From an uncultured Gemmatimonadales bacterium (GTDB lineage: Bacteria > Gemmatimonadota > Gemmatimonadetes > Longimicrobiales > Gaopeijiaceae), in NCBI GenBank assembly GCA_963751255.1, contig CAVVTW010000005.1, forward strand, positions 102,189 through 166,188: 64,000 nucleotides of DNA, written 5' to 3'. Of this stretch, positions 49,336 to 57,669 are shown piece after piece. Numbering within the stretch: the first letter of the stretch is position 1; the number at the start of each line of letters is the position of its first letter. The translations under genes were made by a program, and so were the position numbers. The notes beneath the pieces are model-generated. The model was not told where the DNA came from. It ran no database searches and was given only the letters and a program-made list of their open reading frames with translations.

Positions 49336-50055
49336 ATGACCGTGGACGATCAAGCCGACAGCGCCGCCGCCTTTCCCCAGGTAGGGGTACACCCCGGCAC
49401 CAGGATCCAAGGGATTGAGCTCGCGATCTTCCTGTTTCTCATCGTCCCCTCCATGGCCTTTTCCTTCCTGGCCATCAAGCAAGGAATCGTCGGTTTCGGA
49501 ATCACCGCCGTAGCCACGATCTTCCGGGACCTCTCCCTGGTCGCCCTGATCCTGTTCTTCTTCTGGCGAAATGGCGAAGGAGTGGTTTCCCTGGGGTGGC
49601 GCCCGGAGTGGAGGGACATGGGAGTCGGCGCCTTGCTCTTCGTCCCGTTCTTCTTCTTCAGCGATTGGCTGTCCGGTATGCTCGAGTCCTTGGGCCTGTC
49701 GGCGCCCGCCACCCCACCCATCTCCGTGGATCCCCAGGGCACGTCACAGCTCCTCCTCGCCTGCGTCCTGGTTCTCGTCATCGCCGTGGCGGAGGAGACC
49801 ATCTTTCGCGGCTATCTGATCCTGCGTTTCCAGGCCATATCGAAGAGCCCCGCCTTCGCAGTGGTGGCCTCTGCGTTCGTCTTCTCCCTGGGTCACGGCT
49901 ACGAGGGATCGGCAGGCGTGGTGACGGTCGGGGTGATGGGCCTCATCTTCGGCCTCATCTACCTCTGGCGGCGGAGTCTCGTGGCGCCCATGACCATGCA
50001 TCTCCTCCAGGACCTCCTGGTCATCGTGGTCCTCCCTTTCCTCGGCCTCAGGTAG
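49336..50055 (+). CDS. CPBP-family intramembrane protease (CAAX/Abi type)
   Basis: Motifs are VAEETIFRGY (EExxxR), FSLGH and MTMHLLQD. GTG 49342 is an alternative start with better RBS spacing. Confidence 0.8.
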   Translation: MTVDDQADSAAAFPQVGVHPGTRIQGIELAIFLFLIVPSMAFSFLAIKQGIVGFGITAVATIFRDLSLVALILFFFWRNGEGVVSLGWRPEWRDMGVGALLFVPFFFFSDWLSGMLESLGLSAPATPPISVDPQGTSQLLLACVLVLVIAVAEETIFRGYLILRFQAISKSPAFAVVASAFVFSLGHGYEGSAGVVTVGVMGLIFGLIYLWRRSLVAPMTMHLLQDLLVIVVLPFLGLR

Positions 50056-50431
50056 GCGAGAAGCATGACGTGGAAAGGGCCTTTCACGAGCTGAGAGTCG
50101 ACACCTGTTCTCGCCCACAATCTCATGCCGGGGGTGTGCCAGGGAGTGCGGCGCCTCGTCCAATCGGGACCTCGGGACGCCCTCGTGCTGGCCTTCGAGG
50201 TCGGTCTGCCTTTCCCTGGATCCGTACGCTGCGGACTCCAGAGGCACCTGCGCCGAATGGGCACAGCCCACATGTACGTGTGGCTCTTCGGGTGGGTAAC
50301 GCTACCGATTTGCACCGCCTCACCCCGCGGCAGATATGGCCCAGGAGCCTGATCGGAAAGGGGGGCGAGCTGGAGGAGAGCGCGGCGCGCGGCCATGGAT
50401 GTTCGGCCAATCCGCGAGTCGACAGCCTGCC

Positions 50432-50761
50432 TCAGTGGGGGCGGACCAGGTCCACGACCCCCGCCAGCACCTTGGCGTGAATGTGACCACCACCCAAGAC
50501 GAGGAATTCGAGGCCCGTGCCCGAGCAGAGGATCAGGCCGACCATGAGCAGACTGAAGACCAGCTTGATGAATCCTCCCCCCCGGCCTTCGTCTCCCTTT
50601 CCCTGGTGAAACCAGGTTTCCCAAAGGGCGTACACGGCGCCCGCCCAAAGTATCAGAAGCCCGATGGGGGCGATGACGGACCAGAAGAGCGGGCCGTATT
50701 CCCCCAGCGTGTCGGCAAGGGACGCCTGTAGCTGGTTTCCAGCCAGAACCAGGTACTCCAT
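50432..50761 (-). CDS. Small hypothetical two-TM membrane protein
   Basis: 109 aa from ATG 50761, with strong RBS GGAGGA 6 nt upstream. It reads MEYLVLAGNQLQASLADTLGEYGPLFWSVIAPIGLLILWAGAVYALW...FIKLVFSLLMVGLILCSGTGLEFLV. No family assigned. Confidence 0.45.
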   Translation of the reverse strand: MEYLVLAGNQLQASLADTLGEYGPLFWSVIAPIGLLILWAGAVYALWETWFHQGKGDEGRGGGFIKLVFSLLMVGLILCSGTGLEFLVLGGGHIHAKVLAGVVDLVRPH

Positions 50762-50787
50762 CCAGATCCTCCAAGATCGACTGCCTT

Positions 50788-50802
50788 GGCGCACCGTGCG
50801 CC
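50788..50802. promoter_or_regulatory. 15-bp palindrome in the leader/promoter of the small membrane-protein gene
   Basis: GGCGCAC-C-GTGCGCC, 27-41 nt upstream of start codon 50761 (minus strand). Confidence 0.3.
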
Positions 50803-50835
50803 GGTGCCGATCCTCCGGCTCCCGAACACGGCCGG

Positions 50836-50884
50836 CTCAGGTGAGCCTCGCGCCCGCGAAGCCTACGTCGCGAGGTCACCTGAG
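50836..50884 (-). terminator. Strong 16-bp (one bulge) hairpin ~70 nt downstream of the cytochrome c gene
   Basis: CTCAGGTGAGCCTCGCG ... CGCGAGGTCACCTGAG with a 16-nt loop. There is no U-tract. Confidence 0.4.
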
Positions 50885-50955
50885 CGCAATCGCCCTTGGC
50901 GGCCCCCTGGCGGACCGCCGCTGCCTTCCCGCCCCCCCGGATGCCCTGGTTCGGG

Positions 50956-51543
50956 TCAGTCCCCGCCGGACGAGCCGGCGGCAGCTGCCTCCGGCTGGAT
51001 CGGCATCAGGGAGATGTACGGCGTGGTCGGTTCCTGGTCCGGCGGCACCGGCTGGGGCACGGAATCGCCAAGGGCCCCGAGGGAACGGATGTACCGATAG
51101 ATCGCCCGAGCGTCGCTCTCCGAGAGTTGATTGACGTCCATCCAGGGCATGGGCGGAAGGCTCTTCCGCTCGTGGACGGTCTGAACGAAGGTGTCCTCGC
51201 TCCACTCCTGGGCCCGCAGACGGAGGTTCCGAGGATAGGTCGTCCCCCAGGGGCCTCGCCAGCCGATCCGCGACCCGGCCAGCCATTGCTGCTCGGGGAC
51301 GTCCCCCTGGCTCTGGAGATATCCTTCGGTGTGACAGTCGTTGCAGCCCCCGACGATCACCAGGTACCGGCCGGCCTGGACGTCGGACGTAGCCATGACG
51401 TGGGGCGGCGAGCTCATCCCGGTCTCCGGGGCCGTGTCGGCGGCCGGGCGCTGGCAGGAGCCCATCGCCACGATGATGAGCCCCGGAAGGACTCGGTGTA
51501 TCGTGGAACGCAAAGCCCCCGGCAAACGCATTCCCTGTCTCAT
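50956..51543 (-). CDS. Mono-heme c-type cytochrome lipoprotein
   Basis: CNDCH heme-binding motif, lipobox-like AMGSC and ...PPMPW...L...DARAIYRYIRSLG. Confidence 0.8.
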   Translation of the reverse strand: MRQGMRLPGALRSTIHRVLPGLIIVAMGSCQRPAADTAPETGMSSPPHVMATSDVQAGRYLVIVGGCNDCHTEGYLQSQGDVPEQQWLAGSRIGWRGPWGTTYPRNLRLRAQEWSEDTFVQTVHERKSLPPMPWMDVNQLSESDARAIYRYIRSLGALGDSVPQPVPPDQEPTTPYISLMPIQPEAAAAGSSGGD

Positions 51544-51764
51544 GATCGGACCCTTCCTTTCGATCCAGCTGCTGGTGGACCCCCGAGGGCCGGCCCGGCA
51601 GCGTAGGGCCGCTGCCCAAGCCGACGATCGAGCCGCGACCTCGGCCTGCCGCGAAGCTCTTCCGAGCCCGTAGCTCCTTGGTTTGCTTCAGGGGTGCCGA
51701 CGATGCGTCGGCGCCTGCCAGTTCATGACCCCAAGAGAGGAGATCGGTTCGAAAGCAGCGCTGG

Positions 51765-52133
51765 TCAGGTCCCGGATCCTTCTTCCCGGAGCTGCTCCAG
51801 GGCCTGGCGGGCACCGGTCACTCGCGGCTGGAGCTCCGGGTCCGCCTCCTCCCAGAAGGCGATGAATCGGCTGTAGGCACCGGCCGCTTCCGTCCAGCGC
51901 CCCTCGGCCTCCAACGCCTGGGCCAGCGGCAGGTTGAGGGCGACGCTGACGATGGGGTCCAGGTACATGAGGTCCTTGAGTCGCGCGATGCCGCGGTCGC
52001 GGGTTTCCGGAAGAGACCCCTCTGTGCGCGCCAGGGCGATGAGAGCCGGTCCGAGCGCCACACGAGAGAAATCCACAACCCGTTGCCCGCCGATGCCCTC
52101 TCGGGCGACCCGCTCCGACCCCGGCACATGCTC
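51765..52133 (-). pseudogene. C-terminal fragment of a TPR-repeat protein (possibly kinase-associated)
   Basis: Only the tail ...VVDFSRVALGPALIALARTEG...LNLPLAQALEAEGRWTEAAGAYSRFIAFWEEADPELQPRVTGARQALEQL looks protein-like. The upstream part of ORF 51765-52472 is low-complexity and runs into the next gene. Confidence 0.35.
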
Positions 52134-52225
52134 CCGGTCCGAACGTTCCTTCTGTTCGGGAGACTTCCTCCAGCACGCGTGGCACCGCTGGGGCTGGTCG
52201 AAGCCTCCATCAGGGGACTGTGGAC

Positions 52226-52639
52226 TCAGCCCCCTCCGACCCGGACGTTCCGCTGGCTGACAGACCATTCGACCGTCTTCACGCCAACGACGCTGAAGTC
52301 GTTGGAACGCAGCTCGCCTGTCCGTCCCATGGTACCCGACGTCGGGCCCTCCGGCTCGGCGGTGAGGTACACACGTCCGGTTTGGAGCATGGAGACGTAG
52401 TTGAACGACCGTCGGCCGTTCGGCGGCACGGAGCCCAACCGTCGCCGGTTCCCGGTTTCCGGAATCGCCCACACGACGACGGTGGTGGGGGGGGTCATGT
52501 CGTTGACGACCTGGATGGAGATGCCCTCGCCGCTGGGCTCCGGCTCGCCGGCCGCGCCTCCGCTGGAACTGGCGCAGGCGGTGATGCCGGCGATGGCCAG
52601 CGCAATGAACATCCCCTCAATCGGCCTGTAGATGCGCAT
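52226..52639 (-). CDS. Hypothetical lipoprotein
   Basis: MRIYRPIEGMFIALAIAGITACASS (lipobox ITAC). RBS GAGAGGA lies before ATG 52639. No family recognised. Confidence 0.5.
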   Translation of the reverse strand: MRIYRPIEGMFIALAIAGITACASSSGGAAGEPEPSGEGISIQVVNDMTPPTTVVVWAIPETGNRRRLGSVPPNGRRSFNYVSMLQTGRVYLTAEPEGPTSGTMGRTGELRSNDFSVVGVKTVEWSVSQRNVRVGGG

Positions 52640-52807
52640 GCGAATTCCTCTCACTTCTTGCACGGCGGGAAGCCGGCCGGTGACCGGAGGGGCGGCGCGG
52701 GGGCCTCCAACATTCCAGTACGACCGGGAGGCGGATACCCCGATAATGTGTCCACAGATCGGGTTGAGCGCTATCCCGCATTGCTGCAGGGGGGGAGCCA
52801 GCGCCCC

Positions 52808-53596
52808 CTACGGCCCCGCCCCACCCCATTCCGCAAGCTTGCCCTGGATGAAGGCGATCACGGCCTCGTGCTCCCGGGTCCCTCGACCCTGGACCTCCAG
52901 CGGCGGGCCGAACGCCAGATGAACCTTCCTGGCCGGGTCGATCTTGCCGAAATCCTTGAGTCGTTTCCCGTTGCCCCAGGCATCGGTCACCAGCGCGAGG
53001 GGAACTACGGGTACATCGGCCCGGTGGGCAAGCTTGACGCCGATGGTGTTGAACTCGTCCGGATCGAAGGAGGCGGATCGGGTCGTCTGTGGGAAGACGA
53101 CCAGCGAGATGCCCTTCGCAAGACGCTCCTTCCCTTTCTCCATCACCGCCTTGAAGTCCTGGCGCGGGTTCGTGCGGGTAACCGCGATCGGGTCACGGGA
53201 CCGCATCACGTGGCCGAAGACCGGGTAGGTCATCAGGCTCTCTTTGACAACGAAAGTCACGGGCATCAGAGGACGAATCAGACCGGGGAGGACGAAGGTC
53301 TCGAGGACACTCATGTGGTTGCCAACCACCACACAGGGGGTATCCAGGCTCTCCAGGTGGTGGAGGCCGGTAATCTCGAAACGGATCCCGGCGCGCTCCA
53401 ATGCCCGGACCACATCGTGGCTGCTCTGACTCCACTCGGAGTCTCCGTACAGCCCCCGCTTCGCCTGTGCGCTGGACCTGAAGACGATGGGCAGGAGAAC
53501 GCCGTAGAAGTAGAGCGAAGGGAAGGCTCGCGCCAGCAGTGAGACCTCCCCTTCCGGAGACGTGTAGCCGGATCCGTCGGTGGCGAGCCGTTTCAT
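52808..53596 (-). CDS. Lysophospholipid (1-acyl-sn-glycerol-3-phosphate) acyltransferase family protein
   Basis: VVGNHMSVLE (HX4D-type block, here with E), VFPQTTRS (FPEGTRS-like block) and VPVVPLAL. Confidence 0.75.
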   Translation of the reverse strand: MKRLATDGSGYTSPEGEVSLLARAFPSLYFYGVLLPIVFRSSAQAKRGLYGDSEWSQSSHDVVRALERAGIRFEITGLHHLESLDTPCVVVGNHMSVLETFVLPGLIRPLMPVTFVVKESLMTYPVFGHVMRSRDPIAVTRTNPRQDFKAVMEKGKERLAKGISLVVFPQTTRSASFDPDEFNTIGVKLAHRADVPVVPLALVTDAWGNGKRLKDFGKIDPARKVHLAFGPPLEVQGRGTREHEAVIAFIQGKLAEWGGAGP

Positions 53597-53676
53597 CGTC
53601 GTTGCTTACCCTCAGGGGCAATCTCAGATCCTCGTCAGGAGGGATGAAACTATTCGGGCGTGGTCTTCGTCTATAT

Positions 53677-53693
53677 CCCTAGAACTCCTAGGG
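53677..53693. promoter_or_regulatory. Inverted repeat in the padR promoter region (possible autoregulatory operator)
   Basis: CCCTAG-AACTC-CTAGGG sits next to a TATAT stretch in a locally AT-richer segment, ~70 nt before the PadR start. Confidence 0.25.
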
Positions 53694-53759
53694 GGGAGCG
53701 GAAGGGCCGTGGTGGATGCCCCGCCCGCTCCGCACCTCGATGACCGGAGATCGACGACG

Positions 53760-54098
53760 GTGGCCGACACCAGAGCCGACCTGATGAAGGGTACGTTGGA
53801 CCTTCTCATCCTCAAGGCCCTCACTTTCGGGCCCCAACACGGGTATGGCATCGCCCGGTGGCTGGAGGAGTCGAGCGGGGACCTCTTCCGCATCGAGGAA
53901 GGATCGCTCTACCCGGCCCTCTACCGGATGGAGAAGCGAGGGTGGATCCGGTCCGAATGGGGATTCTCGGACTCGAACCGCAGGGCGAAGTACTATCAGC
54001 TGACCATTCGGGGTCGTGACCAGCTCGACGCCCAGGCCAAGGGCTGGGAACGCTTCGTTCAGGCCATGTCCCTGGTCCTCCAGCGGGAAGTGTCCTGA
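53760..54098 (+). CDS. PadR-family transcriptional regulator
   Basis: ...LMKGTLDLLILKALTFGPQHGYGIARWLEE...EGSLYPALYRMEKRGWI...KYYQLT. The start is uncertain: GTG 53760 has GGAGA 9 nt upstream, and ATG 53784 is the alternative. Confidence 0.85.
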   Translation: MADTRADLMKGTLDLLILKALTFGPQHGYGIARWLEESSGDLFRIEEGSLYPALYRMEKRGWIRSEWGFSDSNRRAKYYQLTIRGRDQLDAQAKGWERFVQAMSLVLQREVS

Positions 54099-54107
54099 GG
54101 ACCGGTC

Positions 54108-56771
54108 ATGTCCTCTTCCCTGGATCGCTGGACGCGCATGTGGTCCCGCCTCCTCCGGCGTAGCCTGAGGCGCGAGGTGGAGGACGAGCTGGACTTCCAC
54201 CTGGAGATGTTGACGCGCCGATACGAGGCAGGAGGCCTGGAGCCCGAGGCTGCCAGACGCGCGGCCGAGGCACGGTTCGGAGATCCGGCTCGGGCCCGGC
54301 GAAAGGCATTCACGGCGGAACGGTCCCGAATCCGGCAACACAAGAGAGCAATGCTCATGGACAACCTGCGTCAGGATGTGCGACTCGCCTTCCGCCAGCT
54401 CTGGAGGCGGCCCCTGTTCAGTGCCATCGCCCTTGCCATGCTGGCGCTCGGGATCGGCGCCAACACCGCCATCTTCAGCGTCGTGTACACCGTCCTTCTC
54501 AGGCCCCTCCCCTTCCCCGATGCCGACCGGATCGTACAAATCTGGGAGTCCCGGGTGGAGCAGGGATGGGACCGGACCTCCGTGGCCCCGGCGAACTTCT
54601 GGGACCTGCGGGAGATGAGCCGGGCCTTCGAAGACCTGGGGGCGTACCGGTTCTCCTCGGCCAATCTCACGGGATTGGACTACCCCGAGCGCCTCAACGT
54701 GGGCCGGGTGACCTCGGGGTTCTTCGGTCGGGTCCTGGGAGTCCGGCCGGCCCTGGGAAGGACCTTCCTTCCAGGCGAGGACCAACCGGAGGCCGACACC
54801 CGGATCGCATTGCTGAGCAGCCTCTTCTGGCAAAGGCGCTTCGGGGCGGACCCCTCGGTGGTGGGAACCCATCTCACTCTGGATGGAGAGAGCGTGACCG
54901 TGGTCGGCGTGCTCCCCCCCGGCAGACCATGGCTGGACTATGCGGATCTCTACCTTCCCCTGGTGCGGAACCCGGACGACACGCGAACCAGCTTCGAGTT
55001 GGCGGTCATCGGCCGCCTCCGCCCGGGAGTGACCCCGGAAGCTGGACAGAGCGACCTGACCGGGGTCGCCCAGCGCCTCGAGGAGACCTTTCCCCAGGAC
55101 CTCGCCGGAATCGGAATCGCAGTAGCTCCGTCCAGCGAGTGGGTCGCGGATGCCCAGACCCGCCGGGCCTTGTGGATCCTCCTGGGAACCGTGGGCTTCC
55201 TCCTCATGATCGCGTGCGTGAATCTGGCCAACCTCTTCCTGGCCCGGGCCACGGGCCGGGTCCGGGAGACGGCGATCCGGGCCGCTGCGGGAGCCTCCCG
55301 GGGACGTCTCGTGCGCCAGGGTCTCACCGAATCCCTCGTCCTGTCACTCCTGGGAGCGGGATTGGGGCTTGGACTGGCCGCATGGGGCATCGATGCCCTG
55401 GTGGCCCTAGCGCCCACGCAGATCTCCGGGCTCTCCGAGGTGACCATCAACCGTTGGATTCTGGCCTTCACCCTGGTGGTAAGCGTCCTGACAGGGATCG
55501 TCACCGGCCTCATTCCTGCTCTTCAGTCTTCCGGTGGAGACGCAGCGTCGACCCTACGGGCCGGAGGGCAAAGCATCGCGGGAAACCGGGCGCAGCAGCG
55601 TCTGCGGGGAGCATTGGTTGCGGCAGAAGTCGCCCTTTCCCTCGTCCTCCTGGTGGGGTCCGGTCTCTTCGTTCGGAGCTTCGGACGGCTCATGACGGCA
55701 GACCGGGGATTCGAAACGCAGGACCGCCTCGTCGCCTCGGTGAACCTCCCGGCGACCTATTCTCGGGAGGAATCCCTGGCGTTCACCCAGGGCCTCCTGG
55801 CCCGCGTTTCCGCCCTTCCCCCGGTGATCAGCGCCGCCGCAGTGCACATTCGGCCGCTGGCGGGGGGAAGCACCGGCCTGGGCTTCGTTCGGCCCGACGC
55901 CCCGAATCCCGAAGGGGGCACGCCCTGGGCCTCCTGGCGCCTCGTCACACCCGGGTATTTCGAGACGCTGGGGGTTCCCATCCTCAAGGGGCGTGATTTC
56001 AACCAGGACGATCTGGCCTTCGCCGGGGAGGGCCCCCTGCCCATTCTCATCAGCCAGAGGATCGCGGAGCTCCTCTGGCCCGGAGAGGACCCCATCGGGA
56101 GGACCATCACGCTCTGGGCCGGCCAGAGCGACACCCCCGGCGAAGTGCTGGGAGTGGTGGGAGACATGCGGGAACGGGGCATCGACCAAGGTCCGACGAT
56201 GGCCGTGTACCTGCCGTATGTTGCCCCGGGCTGGCCTCCCGACATCATCGTGCATTCCGCTGGCGACCCCACATCCATCGTTCCCGCTCTTCGGTCCATC
56301 CTGTCCGATATGGACGCGAGCGTTCCCCTGTCGGACATCGCCACCCTGGAGGATGTGGTGGGGCAGTCGGTGGGAGGCCAGCGTTTCCTGGTGGTGCTGG
56401 TGAGCCTTTTTGCGGCCCTGGCCCTCATGCTTGCCCTGGCAGGTGTCTACGGGGTCCAGTCCTACTCGGTGGCTCAGCAGACCCCCGAGATCGGCGTGAG
56501 AGTGGCGGTGGGGGCCAGCCGGGGCCAGATCCTGAGGAAGGTCATGGCTCAGGCCATGGGACCGGCTCTGCTGGGGGTGGCCCTTGGGCTGGCCGGCGCC
56601 TACGGCCTCTCGCGATTCGTGGCCAGCCTCCTGTTCGAAGTGCAGCCGACCGATGTCCCCACGTACATGACCGTGGCAGGAGCGCTGACGCTGGCGGCGT
56701 GGCTGGCGGCCTGGCTGCCCGCCCGGCGGGCCACGAAGGTCGAGCCGGTGATCGCGTTCAGGACGGAGTGA
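54108..56771 (+). CDS. Duplicated FtsX/MacB_PCD permease (ADOP-family-like), intact
   Basis: 887 aa with two MacB_PCD+FtsX halves. The N-terminal ...EVEDELDFHLEMLTRRYEAGGL... leader is typical of PadR-linked ADOP permeases. Confidence 0.85.
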   Translation: MSSSLDRWTRMWSRLLRRSLRREVEDELDFHLEMLTRRYEAGGLEPEAARRAAEARFGDPARARRKAFTAERSRIRQHKRAMLMDNLRQDVRLAFRQLWRRPLFSAIALAMLALGIGANTAIFSVVYTVLLRPLPFPDADRIVQIWESRVEQGWDRTSVAPANFWDLREMSRAFEDLGAYRFSSANLTGLDYPERLNVGRVTSGFFGRVLGVRPALGRTFLPGEDQPEADTRIALLSSLFWQRRFGADPSVVGTHLTLDGESVTVVGVLPPGRPWLDYADLYLPLVRNPDDTRTSFELAVIGRLRPGVTPEAGQSDLTGVAQRLEETFPQDLAGIGIAVAPSSEWVADAQTRRALWILLGTVGFLLMIACVNLANLFLARATGRVRETAIRAAAGASRGRLVRQGLTESLVLSLLGAGLGLGLAAWGIDALVALAPTQISGLSEVTINRWILAFTLVVSVLTGIVTGLIPALQSSGGDAASTLRAGGQSIAGNRAQQRLRGALVAAEVALSLVLLVGSGLFVRSFGRLMTADRGFETQDRLVASVNLPATYSREESLAFTQGLLARVSALPPVISAAAVHIRPLAGGSTGLGFVRPDAPNPEGGTPWASWRLVTPGYFETLGVPILKGRDFNQDDLAFAGEGPLPILISQRIAELLWPGEDPIGRTITLWAGQSDTPGEVLGVVGDMRERGIDQGPTMAVYLPYVAPGWPPDIIVHSAGDPTSIVPALRSILSDMDASVPLSDIATLEDVVGQSVGGQRFLVVLVSLFAALALMLALAGVYGVQSYSVAQQTPEIGVRVAVGASRGQILRKVMAQAMGPALLGVALGLAGAYGLSRFVASLLFEVQPTDVPTYMTVAGALTLAAWLAAWLPARRATKVEPVIAFRTE

Positions 56772-56799
56772 GCGGGGACTCCAGGGCGCGGCTTGCCGC

Positions 56800-57174
56800 T
56801 CAGTCCCCCAGGATGAAGGCTTCCACTCCGTCCGCCACCCGGGCCGGATTGAGGCGGACCCATGCCCGGGCGAAATCCCGGTAGATGCCCATGTCCGGAT
56901 CCGAGGCGAACAGCTCCTCCCGGATCCTCTCGCTGGCTTCCTCAGACTCCATCCGGAGGTAATCCCCCTCTCCGGAAAGAAGACGAAGGAGAACCTGCTC
57001 GTAGTCGGCACCGTCTCCCGAGTCCGGCCAGCCCGGCTGGATCGGAGGGGGCACCAGGTCCCGGTAGATCTCCGCTACGGTGAGGGGAGCGCTCAGGTCC
57101 CACTCGTCCCTGCTCGTCAACTGCCGCACCAGAGTCTGGTGAAACCTGTGCAGCTGGTCCTGGTGGTCGGCCAT
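56800..57174 (-). CDS. Hypothetical acidic cytoplasmic protein
   Basis: The 124-aa ORF has good GC3 bias and is convergent with the permease gene. No family recognised. Confidence 0.45.
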   Translation of the reverse strand: MADHQDQLHRFHQTLVRQLTSRDEWDLSAPLTVAEIYRDLVPPPIQPGWPDSGDGADYEQVLLRLLSGEGDYLRMESEEASERIREELFASDPDMGIYRDFARAWVRLNPARVADGVEAFILGD

Positions 57175-57525
57175 GATGGGCTATCCTCCATTCCGTGGGA
57201 CAATACCTCCCCGATTCCCAAGATCGACGGAGGGAGCAAAGGTCGTGCCCTGGGGGATGACGATGGCGCAATGCGTTGATTGAACGTCATTTACCGGACA
57301 ATACCATACACGCACACCGGGCTGGAAACGGCAGAAAACTCTTCCGGATCGAGCACCTTTTTCCCGGACAATCCTCTTCCCGGTCCACCCGATCCCCCCG
57401 GACCGACCGCCCCGGTCCGACGAGATGGGGCGCAGCCACCGCTGCCCCATGGGCCACCGCGCAGCTGGCTCTAACCGTCGGACGGCGTCATCGACCCTCG
57501 CGGCGCTCGCCCGTATCCCGGCCCA

Positions 57526-57557
57526 TGCGAAGTCTCCCTCGTGCGAAGTCTCCCTCG
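57526..57557. repeat. Perfect 16-nt tandem duplication
   Basis: TGCGAAGTCTCCCTCG appears twice, at 57526-57541 and 57542-57557. Confidence 0.85.
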
Positions 57558-57669
57558 CCTTTCGGCCGAGGAGGCCGCTCCCGTATGTTGGCCTCCGGAT
57601 GGTGACCCAGGGTCGACGAGCGGAAATCAGCCGCTCTTCTCCCCTCACGACTTGGACGGGAAGGTCAAA

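Noticed and set aside
50432-50761. VirB2/TrbC-type pilin or holin assignment for the small two-TM protein
   Set aside because: It has only a generic two-TM architecture with no cleavable signal. No type IV secretion, conjugation or phage genes lie within the window.
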